From Nemertoderma westbladi (taxonomy: Eukaryota > Animalia > Xenacoelomorpha): a stretch of 64,000 bases of DNA. The stretch spans positions 34,454-98,453 of the forward strand of contig JAUCBJ010007358.1 in NCBI GenBank assembly GCA_032718475.1, read 5' to 3'. Positions 37,454 through 50,933 of this stretch are shown piece after piece (the first letter of the stretch is position 1; the number at the start of each line of letters is the position of its first letter). The position numbers and the translations under genes are program-made. The notes under the pieces are model-generated. The model saw nothing but the letters and a program-made list of their open reading frames with translations. It ran no database searches and had not been told where the DNA came from.

Positions 37454-38174
37454 TTAGGGGTTAGATTGATGGAAGGGTTTAGCTGGTTGGGTGACTGGAT
37501 TGTTGGGCGGATAGTAGCCGGTACCATACTGCACCGCTAGAGGGCTGCCTCGGCTGCCGCCGGGCTGGTTGTAAGCGGGTTGGCGGATGTTGGAGTACCC
37601 GGCTGGCTGGTCGTATGTGTTCGGGTAGGTAACGGAGGGGTTGTAGGGCTGGGGGGCATTATAGGGGGCGCTGGACGCGGGTTGGGGGGCGTACTGGGGG
37701 GCGTTATAGGGGGCGCCGGACGCGGGTTGGGGGGCGTTGTAGGGGGCTCCGTGGGAGTTGTAGGGGGCACCTGGTGCGGGTTGGGGGGCCCCAGGCTGCT
37801 GGGCACCTGGCGCGGGTTGGGGGGCGTTGTAGGGGGCACCTGGTCCGGGTTGGGGGGCGTTGTAGGGGGCACCTGGTGCGGGTTGGGGGCCCCCAGGCTG
37901 CTGGGCACCTGGCGTAGGATTGGGGGCGTTGTAAGATGGCCCAGGTTGTAACGGGGGCCCCGTCTGTGGGAACTGTTGCCCCGGTAACACACCATGCTGG
38001 TACTGGCCGCGTGGTGGTCCCGGATATTGTTGCCCTGACGACGACCCAGACACGTCGCGCGTCATCAACTCGTGGTAAGTCGTTAACACTTTCCCCATCT
38101 CGTCGGCTATTTCTTGCATTGTCGTTAATTTGTTATCAAGTTTATCGATTTCGCTGTCAATTTCAGGTCCCATT
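37454..38174 (-). CDS. STAM: STAM exon 4 (GAT/coiled-coil end plus Pro/Gln/Tyr tail, stop)
   Basis: ttacag|A MGPEIDSEIDKLD continues LEDRCQK and resembles STAM 'CHQMGPLID'. Confidence 0.88.
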
Positions 38175-38194
38175 CTGTAAGAAAAATTAAAGAA

Positions 38195-39781
38195 AACGGA
38201 AGTTAATGTAGCGGCGATTAGCGTGTTATTAACGGAAGTTAATGTAGCGGCGATTAACGTGTTATTAACGGAAGTTAATGTAGCGGCGATTAGCGTGTTA
38301 TTAACGGAAGTTAATGTAGCGGCGATTAGCGTGTTATTAACAGAAGTTAATGTAGCGGCGATTAGCGTGTTATTAACGGAAGTTAATGTAGCGGCGATTA
38401 ACGTGTTATTAACGGAAGTTAATGTAGCGGCGATTAGCGTGTTATTAACAGAAGTTAATGTAGCGGCGATTAGCGTGTTATTAACGGAAGTTAATGTAGC
38501 GGCGATTAACGTGTTATTAACGGAAGTTAATGTAGCGGCGATTAACGTGTTATTTACGGAAGTTAATGTAGCGGCGATTAACGTGTTATTAACGGAAGTT
38601 AAAGTAGCGGCGATTAGCGTGTTATTAACGGAAGTTAATGTAGCGGCGATTAACGTGTTATTAACGGAAGTTAATGTAGCGGCGATTAACGTGTTATTAA
38701 CGGAAGTTAATGTAGCGGCGATTAACGTGTTATTAACGGAAGTTATTGTAGCGGCGATTAACGTGTTATTAACGGAAGTTAATGTAGCGGCGATTAACGT
38801 GTTATTAACGGAAGTTAATGTAGCGGCGATTAACGTGTTATTAACGGAAGTTAATGTAGCGGCGATTAACGTGTTATTAACGGAAGTTAATGTAGCGGCG
38901 ATTAACGTGTTATTAACGGAAGTTAATGTAGTGGCGATTAACGTGTTATTAACGGAAGTTAATGTAGCGGCGATTAACGTGTTATTAACGGAAGTTAATG
39001 TAGCGGCGATTAACGTGTTATTAACGGAAGTTAATGTAGCGGCGATTAACGTGTTATTAACGGAAGTTAATGTAGCGGCGATTAACGTGTTATTAACGGA
39101 AGTTAATGTAGCGGCGATTAACGTGTTATTAACGGAAGTTAATGTAGCGGCGATTAACGTGTTATTAACGGAAGTTAATGTAGCGGCGATTAGCGTGTTA
39201 TTAACGGAAGTTAATGTAGCGGCGATTAACGTGTTATTAACGGAAGTTAATGTAGCGGCGATTAACGTGTTATTAACGGAAGTTAATGTAGCGGCGATTA
39301 ACGTGTTATTAACGGAAGTTATTGTAGCGGCGATTAACGTGTTATTAACGGAAGTTAATGTAGCGGCGATTAACGTGTTATTAACGGAAGTTAATGTAGC
39401 GGCGATTAACGTGTTATTAACGGAAGTTATTGTAGCGGCGATTAACGTGTTATTAACGGAAGTTAATGTAGCGGCGATTAACGTGTTATTAACGGAAGTT
39501 AATGTAGCGGCGATTAACGTGTTATTAACGGAAGTTAATGTAGCGGCGATTAACGTGTTATTAACGGAAGTTAATGTAGCGGCGATTAACGTGTTATTAA
39601 CGGAAGTTAATGTAGCGGCGATTAACGTGTTATTAACGGAAGTTAATGTAGCGGCGATTAACGTGTTATTAACGGAAGTTAATGTAGCGGCGATTAACGT
39701 GTTATTAACGGAAGTTAATGTAGCGGCGATTAACGTGTTATTAACGGAAGTTAATGTAGCGGCGATTAACGTGTTATTAAC
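38195..39781. repeat. 36-bp minisatellite (~44 copies)
   Basis: AACGGAAGTTAATGTAGCGGCGATTAACGTGTTATT; begins 20 nt from the STAM exon-4 acceptor. Confidence 0.97.
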
Positions 39782-42144
39782 TCTGTTTCATCCAGAATTA
39801 CTCCAGGTCTAAGGGAAACTAATTTAACAACTTCATATCATGGGAAAGCCTAACTAATAAGTGGACTCGAATGGCGTGTTCTCCGCCATACAGACCGGGA
39901 TAAAACGAGTCGTTTGTACATCGATTACTTCTTTGATACACACACACACACACACACCCCGGCAAACCACTCGAAACGCTAACGTGCTCTTTTTCGTCCG
40001 AAGTGCTAACTGTTCCAGACGCATGCAAATCAACTATACACCTAACTAACAAATTATCTAGAAGGTCGCTAGAGTACAAGGGTGGTAAAGACTACACATA
40101 TACCATAGCCCTAACTGCATGGTCTATTAATGTTGTGCTAACTGCAAACCCGAACAGTATTACTATACACCTAACTGCATGGTCTATTAAAGTTGTACTA
40201 ACTGCAAAACCGGAACAGTATTATTATACACCTAACTGCATGATTTATTCATGTTGTAGGCCTACTAGTGTTTAAACAGGATCAAACATTTCAGCATTTC
40301 TGTAATTCGTCTCGTGATCCCTATTTTGGCATTCGGGATACCTGATTTTTCATTTATCAGAAAAACTTGTCAAAGATTACAGTAGTGACGATATGAAACG
40401 TGGTTTTGAAAACTTCAGATCAGTTTATGGGTCTATTTATTGCAAGGGAATGTTATATTAAATTTGGTAATGAATCATTTTACAGTAGATATATTAGATT
40501 ATCGCACCAAGAGGCACGCGGCGCCAGTCTAGCTGGCATTTACTTCTTAAGATCTCAGATAAAACGTTACACATAGCATAACTAAAAATCAAATCATATT
40601 ATCATATTATCCTCCAAGAGCTTCCAGGTAATTTTTTATAATGTTGATTCTGCGTGAGAACTTAATCTTCAAATTATAGGCTGATATGATAAAGTCTAGG
40701 TGTCTTTGTTCGGAAGATCCTAATGGTCCCAAGCTGATTTCCTTAAATAAAGTTTTTAGATGATATATGTGCCTGAAAATCGACGTAAGTGAAGGCACTC
40801 CATGTGTATCACACATGCTTCATAAGTTGCACAGAGTCCCAAATACAACTTTTCTTTAGTCAATGAACCAGTGGTGCAGATAGTCTGTTGAATGAGTGGA
40901 TAAGGAGTCTGGGAAGATCGTTGAAGCAATTGGTGTTGGTAAATATCATTAATCAGAGATTCCACTTGAAAGATTTTATATAACATATTTGCGGGAATTT
41001 TGCAACCATCAAGATGAAGGAGCTTCCTGAGAGCGTTTCTGTACTTTATATCTAAAGTTTATTTTTCTTTCACAGTAAACCATCCAATATACATGGGCAT
41101 AAAGTAACGGAAAACTGGCATTGCATAGGATTTCCATAGATTTGTCAGGGTTTCGATTGGTATCCATTTTGCTGTCCATCCTAGAGATCGAAATGACTCT
41201 GCTAGTATGATTGGCCAACGAAGACATTCCTTGGTTAGTAACGGATTCAAAACAAAACTTGGGAAAAAGACTCCTGGGAAAATTCTAAGAGATACAAAAT
41301 ATCAAAATTGCCGTAGCTCCTATAGTATGTAAGTTTTTCATTTCACCATTCATATTCGTTTCAGTCTGGGAATAAATTTCGGTTTGCTTAAGTTTCATTA
41401 GACTAATTGTCAATGTGCAGTTCAGAATCCATTATACGTTTCCATGACAAAACACAGTTATCGGGTTAGGACTTTGTATAAAGTACTTTCAAACGAAAGT
41501 AATAAGTTGGGACTTTAGCGCTCCCGGAGTTTATGCAAACGGTTTTATTATTAATTATTGAGAAATGTGAAATAGGGTATTCGCAATCAATATTCAGCGA
41601 GTTAGCGTATTAGAGTATTTGCGGTCTTACAATCATTTAGCACTTGGTAATTGGTACAAATGGAATGTAAGTGTAAGAAGTGTGTTTGTAAGTTAGCATT
41701 ATGGCCATTCGATACTCTTGAGACGTTGAGTGTTTAAGTGTGTTTGAAAAGTACCAATTCCCATAATGCTGCTAAGGGGGGCCATGTTTTTCATATACAT
41801 GACACACTGGACTGCAAAAGTGGCGAAATGCTAACTTGTTGTAAATGGTCAAAAAAACGTTTTGACAAAGTTTCAGATTGCAAGGACCACGAGTTAGCAC
41901 TTTGAGTTAGCACTTTGGAAAAGTTAGCACAATAGCGGAAAAAGAGTTTGCAAAGTTAGCTCTTTGGTATATTTGCCAACACCCACACACACTATTTACA
42001 GACCGGGATAAAACGAGTCGTTTGTACATCGATTACTTATTTGATACACACACACACATACAAACTATTTACATTTTCTACACAATCGATCTCGTATCTA
42101 TTATTATCCTCGCTATGTTCGGATTTTTAAGCATATCGCGGAGC

Positions 42145-44354
42145 GTTATTAGTTATATATAAAGTAGAAGATACATAACCTAAATAATGTTATTAGTTAT
42201 ATATAAAGTAGAAGATACATAACCTAAATAATGTTATTAGTTATATATAAAGTAGAAGATACATAACCTAAATAATGTTATTAGTTATATATAAAGTAGA
42301 AGATACATAACCTAAATAATGTTATTAGTTATATATAAAGTAGAAGATACATAACCTAAATAATGTTATTAGTTATATATAAAGTAGAAGAAACATAACC
42401 TAAATAATGTTATTAGTTATATATAAAGTAGAAGATACATAACCTAAATAATGTTATTAGTTATATATAAAGTAGAAGATACATAACCTAAATAATGTTA
42501 TTAGTTATATATAAAGTAGAAGATACATAACCTAAATAATGTTAATAGTTATATATAAAGTAGAAGATACATAACCTAAATAATGTTATTAGTTATATAT
42601 AAAGTAGAAGATACATAACCTAAATAATGTTATTAGTTATATATAAAGTAGAAGATACATAACCTAAATAATGTTAATAGTTATATATAAAGTAGAAGAT
42701 ACATAACCTAAATAATGTTATTAGTTACATATAAAGTAGAAGATACATAACCTAAATAATGTTATTAGTTATATATAAAGTAGAAGATACATAACCTAAA
42801 TAATGTTATTAGTTATATATAAAGTAGAAGATACATAACCTAAATAATGTTATTAGTTATATATAAAGTAGAAGATACATAACCTAAATAATGTTATTAG
42901 TTATATATAAAGTAGAAGATACATAACCTAAATAATGTTAATAGTTATATATAAAGTAGAAGATACATAACCTAAATAATGTTATTAGTTATATATAAAG
43001 TAGAAGATACATAACCTAAATAATGTTATTAGTTATATATAAAGTAGAAGATACATAACCTAAATAATGTTAATAGTTATATATAAAGTAGAAGATACAT
43101 AACCTAAATAATGTTATTAGTTACATATAAAGTAGAAGATACATAACCTAAATAATGTTATTAGTTATATATAAAGTAGAAGATACATAACCTAAATAAT
43201 GTTATTAGTTATATATAAAGTAGAAGATACATAACCTAAATAATGTTATTAGTTATATATAAAGTAGAAAGAAGATACATAACCTAAATAATGTTATTAG
43301 TTATATATAAAGTAGAAGATACATAACCTAAATAATGTTATTAGTTATATATAAAGTAGAAGATACATAACCTAAATAATGTTATTAGTTATATATAAAG
43401 TAGAAGATACATAACCTAAATAATGTTATTAGTTATATATAAAGTAGAAGATACATAACCTAAATAATGTTATTAGTTATATATAAAGTAGAAGATACAT
43501 AACCTAAATAATGTTATTAGTTATATATAAAGTAGAAGATACATAACCTAAATAATGTTATTAGTTACATATAAAGTAGAAGATACATAACCTAAATAAT
43601 GTTATTAGTTATATATAAAGTAGAAGATACATAACCTAAATAATGTTATTAGTTATATATAAAGTAGAAGATACATAACCTAAATAATGTTATTAGTTAT
43701 ATATAAAGTAGAAGATACATAACCTAAATAATGTTATTAGTTATATATAAAGTAGAAGATACATAACCTAAATAATGTTATTAGTTATATATAAAGTAGA
43801 AGATACATAACCTAAATAATGTTATTAGTTATATATAAAGTAGAAGATACATAACCTAAATAATGTTATTAGTTACATATAAAGTAGAAGATACATAACC
43901 TAAATAATGTTATTAGTTATATATAAAGTAGAAGATACATAACCTAAATAATGTTATTAGTTATATATAAAGTAGAAGATACATAACCTAAATAATGTTA
44001 TTAGTTATATATAAAGTAGAAGATACATAACCTAAATAATGTTATTAGTTATATATAAAGTAGAAGATACATAACCTAAATAATGTTATTAGTTATATAT
44101 AAAGTAGAAGATACATAACCTAAATAATGTTATTAGTTATATATAAAGTAGAAGATACATAACCTAAATAATGTTATTAGTTATATATAAAGTAGAAGAT
44201 ACATAACCTAAATAATGTTATTAGTTATATATAAAGTAGAAGATACATAACCTAAATAATGTTATTAGTTACATATAAAGTAGAAGATACATAACCTAAA
44301 TAATGTTATTAGTTATATATAAAGTAGAAGATACATAACCTAAATAATGTTAAT
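42145..44354. repeat. 44-bp AT-rich minisatellite (~50 copies)
   Basis: GTTATTAGTTATATATAAAGTAGAAGATACATAACCTAAATAAT; ends about 20 nt from the STAM exon-3 donor. Confidence 0.97.
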
Positions 44355-44373
44355 ATAATCGACACAAACTCAC

Positions 44374-44668
44374 TTCTGACACCTATCCTCTAACTCTCTC
44401 AACTCCCGAGGTTCGTCCGACTCCGGTAACTTGGGGTCGCATCGCTCCAACAGATCCAACGTCCGTTTAATAAGGTCCGCGGCCTCTGTCTCGTTAAACG
44501 GACCAATAGGAGGCAGTATAGAGTCACCAGCATCGGAGGACTCAACGTCCTGCAACTCAACTTCCTCCTTAAATCGAAGTTTCCGTTTCTCTACAGCCGG
44601 AGTTAGAATCTCCACGTATGACTTGGGGAACAGACCGACTTGCATTGGTTGACGGGACTCCACATAAC
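44374..44668 (-). CDS. STAM: STAM exon 3 (SH3 end, GAT start)
   Basis: ttag|G YVESRQPMQVGLFPKSYV...LLERCDP...ELEDRCQ AA|gtgagt; phases 1 and 2 fit both neighbours. Confidence 0.9.
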
Positions 44669-46339
44669 CTAAGTCATTATGTGATAAAATTATAGATATA
44701 AAAATAATTGTATATTCATTTATGTAGTCAAGCAACTGGAGAAGCATAAGAGCGGAAATTAGCTGATCGGCAGTTGCCACCCCAGATGGGAAGGGAGCTT
44801 TACTTGTTTTTAAATATTTTATTACACTTGCAACTTTTACTATAAACGCTGCAAGGAAGGTGGACCTAAGAGTATGAGATGGTGGCATTGATATCAAAAG
44901 AACGCAGCACTGCAGCGAACAAACAGGTAAAACAGAATACAAATACGTCGTACACCCAATCCTGAAGGCCGGAGGACACTCTGCTGTAAGTGTAACTGCG
45001 GATGGAAGTGCATTGGATGCATCTGTGGTAGGCATAGGCATGGACGATGTGCCTAGACTGTCTCCCGCCCAAACTCGGAAATGTTATAATCTCGCTCTCG
45101 CTAACTCACCACACACCAGAACCAAACAGAAACCGGCGATCTGCGTCATGGAAGTGCTTTGCCCTATTCGAACCGGTTCAGAAGTCTGTCTTCTGGAGCA
45201 ACCGACTGCTGATTCCGATGGATCAAACAATCATGCCAACAAATCACCACCCTGGATTCGACTAGCTGGCAACAACGCAGGCCTCAGCTTGCGCTCAGAG
45301 AACCCGAAGATTTCATCTCCAGGTTCTTAACCACAAGTATTGGTTCGCTTAACCGACGGCGACAAATCGAATCCACGGAGTTCATCTCCGTGTTCCAGTC
45401 CACAAGGATCAGTTGCTTAACCGACGGCGACAAATCCACGGAATATCCACCGAGTTCATCTCTGTCTTCCAGTCTGCAAAGATCAGTTCACTTAGCTGAC
45501 GGTGACAAATGTACTGAAAATCCATCATCATGGGCTCGCCAATCACACATCAACGATTTTAGTTTTCTTGGAGACAAAGAAACCCGCCTGAATAACTCAG
45601 CTTCAATGATGATGGTGTTGATGAATGATGATGATGATGAATGCCAGATACTGGCGCCATCACTAACTACTTCCTCCACTCCTCACGGAAGTACTGATGA
45701 CACTACCACTACTACCCATGATAAACTAAAACCTGTCATTGAAAGACATTGCAAAATCGAATTTTTCAACCCTGCCTGCAGCAGTAATCAATTCTCCAAC
45801 TCAAAGCAACAGGCGCAGCAGTATTTCCAGAGAGATGATCACTGATCAGTACACTACGAGAGAGGGTGCAATTGGCCATGCAACACAATCGAATGGAAAA
45901 ACCGCAGCAAAATAACAGACTTCTTCACTCCCACCTTGGAGCCACCCCTGAAAAGCAGGATCTCCACTAAATAACCATCTGATATAGAATTAGAATTACC
46001 TAGAACAGCCACACTGGATCTTAAAGAAACATCTGGATCAAGCGAAATATCAAAACTCACTGTTTCTCAGCCAGAAAAACTCAATGTGTATCTACCCTGA
46101 CAACAGCACAAAGCCTGACACCATGGTATGGAAAGGAGATATTAAAATCTATATCAAAACCCCAGCAGCAGGGCCATATAATTCATATTCCACCATCTTG
46201 GCATAATTTACAGACTGTGCAGCTTGCAGGGCAACAGGTTTGTGTGTCATAATATTGTTAAAATCTAGTTATATTGGTGTTGTAAGGTTCTTCGCATTCT
46301 TCACATTAATGGAAAGTAATGGTTACTATTCTGATAGAG

Positions 46340-47815
46340 GTAATGATCCTAAATTCGTGTTTTGTGACGGTACGGAAATGAAGAAACATTATACCCCACA
46401 GTATCTGTTTAGTGATATGGTATAATATTATTATGTCATATATTACTAACACCCATTGATGCCTAGTTATAATGACCGGCATAAAATTCTAAAGTAGCTT
46501 GCTATGTTGTCTAAAGTGAAAAACAAAAATGTGACGGGACGGAATCACAAAACATGAGTAATAATTTGTAAAAGTTTAATTCAATATTCTTGTGAATTGT
46601 CTGACTCGAATCGTCTGTCCCTTTCTAATTTGAATAATAGTCATATACTTTATCCAAAAAGTAAAACTGATTCAAATTTCCAATCATATTTTAAAAAATA
46701 TAGTCATTTATAAAACACTTCATCGCGTGACGGGACGGAAAAAATGACAAGGTGATGAAAGGCCCTCAATATTATTTATATTGTGTAGTTTTGATGTTTA
46801 TTTGAAAATTAAATTATTTATTTATGTTAGCAATTTATTACCTTAGATAATCCAACTGCTTTTATTGGCGTGGTGCTAAATTAAAGCCAATCAAGTAGCC
46901 AAGACTTATATAACACCCCCACCACTACACCACAGCATCCACCTAGTGTGAACTGTGAACTGAAACTATTTTATTTGGGAACTGAAACTGGAACTTCTAA
47001 ATAAATAGCCTCATTCAAACTGAAACTAAAACCGAAACTGAAACCATTTTTTGGGAAATCGGAACTATAATACTAATAAACAGGTTTATTCGAACTGAAA
47101 CTAGTCAAATAATGTTTCAGTTCTTAACACTACCTCCGCCGCAACCAATAACAACAAAGTACAAACATCCTGTGATCCAATGTTTATTACAAACAAACAT
47201 ACTGTAGTCCTACAAAATTTAATTTTATTTGGCAGCTGTTGATTTTGATGAGATATGTTGACATTCCAAAATTGATCCAGACATATGAACAGACATACAG
47301 ATGGACAAGGTAAATATTTCCCGTACTAAAACTGTATGTTAACTTCTATTACGGATCACAGACATCGTTGCCCCGGTGACTAGTAAAATATATATAAGTA
47401 AAATAGGAATTCCACTAACTCGTCGCCCGTGACGGAACGGAAATAATATAAAATTCCATCCCGTCACGAACATGTTATGCAGCGGTCCAGTCCAAAACTA
47501 CTTAACCATTGAGGCTCTAACTTGCTGAATATATACTACATATGTTGTCTCAGAACTTTGTACAGTTTCATACAAATTAAGTCTTTCATAGAAATGTAGC
47601 ATTAATAATAGTCAACGAAATAGTGACGGGACGGAAAATTACACTTTGTTTTATAATTTACAACCATCTACAATGACATTGTATCAAACAGTATATACAC
47701 CACAATGGATAACTTACTAGTGTACCTACCTAGGTAACATTGAATTAAAATTATTATCTTCAAGACTGGGATTTTCCAGAAAATATGATTCCGTCCCATC
47801 ACGATAATTTCTTGC
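46340..47815. mobile_element. Probable non-autonomous DNA transposon remnant with a small nested MITE (~46943-47132)
   Basis: About seven dispersed GTGACGGGACGGAA motifs in both orientations; termini not resolved. Confidence 0.45.
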
Positions 47816-47847
47816 CATTCTCATCTTTTTTCAAAAACAGTACCAGT

Positions 47848-47953
47848 ACCAGTATATACTCGATATATAACCAGTATATACTCGATATATAACCAGTATA
47901 TACTCGATATATAACCAGTATATACTCGATATATAACCAGTATATACTCGATT
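47848..47953. repeat. 22-bp tandem repeat (~4.5 copies)
   Basis: ACCAGTATATACTCGATATATA. Confidence 0.9.
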
Positions 47954-48304
47954 AATCACTATCGAATCTATAACGTTGGATACTGTAACATCTTTACAAC
48001 TTTAGGTCTATCCCGTATGGAAATTGATTTCAACTGCGAATTTCCCTCAGGTACTCTATGGAAGCGAAGGAGGACGGTGTATTTAACACATTCTAACGGA
48101 ACCCATTCTAATTTCCAGGTACAGTCACTCAATGGGATCCCGGGTGAGATATAATAGAATTCATTTATGTTTTATATACGGGAACCGGTAACCAACAAGG
48201 ATGTCTCTCTTCTTGCAAGTCAAACAAATACATTAAAACAAGTAATCAATAATTGCCGTTGTGTTTAATACATACCGGTAGGAAATAATATGTATATCAC
48301 TTAC

Positions 48305-48981
48305 CATACCACCACTGATCATCAGAATCGTCAGTAACGCAGACGACATCATCGGTAGCGAAGGATATCTCATTGGATTCCTTTTTCTCGAAGTTATGCA
48401 GTGCGATGGCCCGGAAGAAGGGAATCTTTTGGTCAGTAGGGGGATCCGTGTACCCAAACTGGTTGGGTCGAGGATACATGGCAGATGGTTGGGTGTGCTG
48501 CGGGTACAAGGCAGACGATTGGGTGTGCTGCGGGTACAGGGCAGACGATTGGCTGTGCTGCGGATACATACTGGAGGACTGGACCGGTTGATTCCGCGCT
48601 TGGCGACGTTGCTCATCCTCCAACGAGGCTGCTATGGCCGCCTTCAATGCGGCATCATCGTCATTATCGGTGGCCCTGGCAACAGGAACCGCGGACTTGG
48701 GAGGCGCGGATGGGGTGTCGAATTCCATACCTTCGCGACGCAACTCGTTGTAGAATGACGGCATCAGGTCGAATTGGGGGTCGCCGGTGGTGGAGAATGT
48801 CTTGGCCCAGTCGCTGATGTAGGCCAGTAGTCGGTCCTTTATAGCGCGGTCTGAGGAACGCAAGACCCCACGACAGGTGCTGATAAAGTCCCGCGAACAG
48901 ATCTCCAAGTAGAACGGCTTCTCTAGATTCTTTGTACAGGAGTCCAGGAGGGTGATCGCTTGGATTTGAACTTTTGGATTT
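48305..48981 (-). CDS. STAM: STAM exon 2 (VHS C-half, UIM, SH3 start)
   Basis: NPKVQIQAITLLDSC...LEICSRDF (VHS), DDAALKAAIAASLED (UIM), AIALHNFE...EISF...QWWY G|gtaagt (SH3). Confidence 0.93.
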
Positions 48982-49165
48982 CTAAAAATATTATTATATA
49001 AAATATTGGAGTGAATGTAAACTAAGTTATGTAGAAGCTACCTATGCTACCATCCTATACATATTAATGTTATTTGTTTATGACCAACACAGTTCACGAT
49101 CCTTCATCGGGCAGACCCAGGCTTTGTTTGACATGAAGGTTATTAACCTTGACAATGGGTCATAT

Positions 49166-50933
49166 ACTCGGGTACTGTTTGCCCTTTTCCAATGTACTAT
49201 CTGTCCTTATCCGATGTGTCGGTGCTCGGGTACTGTTTTTCCTTATCCAATATATCAGTACTGTTTGCCCTTATCCAATGTGCTGAGGAGTACTCGGGTA
49301 CTGTTTGCCCTTATCCAATGTGCTGGCTGATACTCGGGTACTGTTTGCCCTTATCCAATGTGCTGAGGAGTACTCGGGTACTGTTTGCCCTTATCCGATG
49401 TGTCGGTACTCGGGTACTGTCTGTCCTTAACCGATGTGTTACTTGGGTACTGGTTGCCCTTATCCAATGTGCTGAGGAGTACTCGGGTACTGTTTGCACT
49501 TATCCAATGTGCTGGCTGGTACTCGGGTACTGTTTGCCCTTATCCAATGTGCTGAGGAGTACTCGGGTACTGTTTGCCCTTATCCGATGTGTCGGTACTC
49601 GGGTACTGTCTGTCCTTAACCGATGTGTTACTTGGGTACTGGTTGCCCTTATCCAATGTGCTGAGGAGTACTCGGGTACTGTTTGCCCTTATCCAATGTG
49701 TCGGTACTAGGGTACTATTTTTCCTTATCCAATATATCAGTACTGTTTGCCCTTATCCAATGTGCTGGCTGATACTCGGGTACTGTTTGCCCTTATCCAA
49801 TGTGCTGAGGAGTACTCGGGTACTGTTTGCCCTTATCCGATGTGTCGGTACTCGGGTACTGTCTGTCCTTAACCGATGTGTTACTTGGGTACTGGTTGCC
49901 CTTATCCAATGTGCTGAGGAGTACTCGGGTACTGTTTGCCCTTATCCAATGTGTCGGTACTCGGGTACTGTTTTTCCTTATCCAATATATCAGTACTGTT
50001 TGCCCTTATCCAATGTGCTGGCTGATACTCGGGTACTGTTTGCCCTTATCCAATGTGCTGAGGAGTACTCGGGTACTGTTTGCCCTCATCCGATGTGTCG
50101 GTACTCGGGTACTGTCTGTCCTTAACCGATGTGTTACTTGGGTACTGGTTGCCCTTATCCAATGTGCTGAGGAGTACTCGGGTACTGTTTGCCCTTATCC
50201 AATGTGCTGGCTGGTACTCGGTTACTGTTTGCCCTTATCCAATGTGCTGAGGAGTACTCGGGTACTGTTTGCCCTTATCCGATGTGTCGGTACTCGGGTA
50301 CTGTCTGTCCTTAACCGATGTGTTACTTGGGTACTGGTTGCCCTTATCCAATGTGCTGAGGAGTACTCGGGTACTGTTTGCCCTTATCCAATGTGTCGGT
50401 ACTCGGGTACTGTTTTTCCTTATCCAATATATCAGTACTGTTTGCCCTTATCCAATGTGCTGGCTGATACTCGGGTACTGTTTGCCCTTATCCAATGTGC
50501 TGAGGAGTACTCGGGTACTGTTTGCCCTTATCCGATGTGTCGGTACTCGGGTACTGTCTGTCCTTAACCGATGTGTTACTTGGGTACTGGTTGCCCTTAT
50601 CCAATGTGCTGAGGAGTACTCGGGTACTGTTTGCCCTTATCCAATGTGCTGGCTGGTACTCGGTTACTGTTTGCCCTTATCCAATGTGCTGAGGAGTACT
50701 CGGGTACTGTTTGCCCTTATCCGATGTGTCGGTACTCGGGTACTGTCTGTCCTTAACCGATGTGTTACTTGGGTACTGGTTGCCCTTATCCAATGTTCTG
50801 AGGAGTACTCGGGTACTGTTTGCCCTTATCCGATGTGTCGGTACTCGGGTACTGTTTTTCCTTATCCAATATATCAGTACTGTTTGCCCTTATCCGATGT
50901 GCCGGTACTCAGGTACTGTTATCCCTTATCCGA
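49166..50933. repeat. Compound minisatellite with higher-order structure
   Basis: Subunits of about 30-37 bp share GTACTGTTTGCCCTTATCCAATGTG and recur in ordered blocks (identical ORF starts at 49827, 50269 and 50711 give a 442-bp period). Confidence 0.93.

Noticed and set aside
38223-39812. 529-aa ORF (LLTEVNVAAINV)n
   Set aside because: It is a stop-free frame of a 36-bp minisatellite, antisense within a STAM intron, with no ATG.
44669-45845. Extension of STAM exon 3 to 45041 and plus-strand ORFs at 45013 and 45390
   Set aside because: SH3 continuity and phase fix the acceptor at 44668. The other frames are unrecognisable and are probably repeat remnants.
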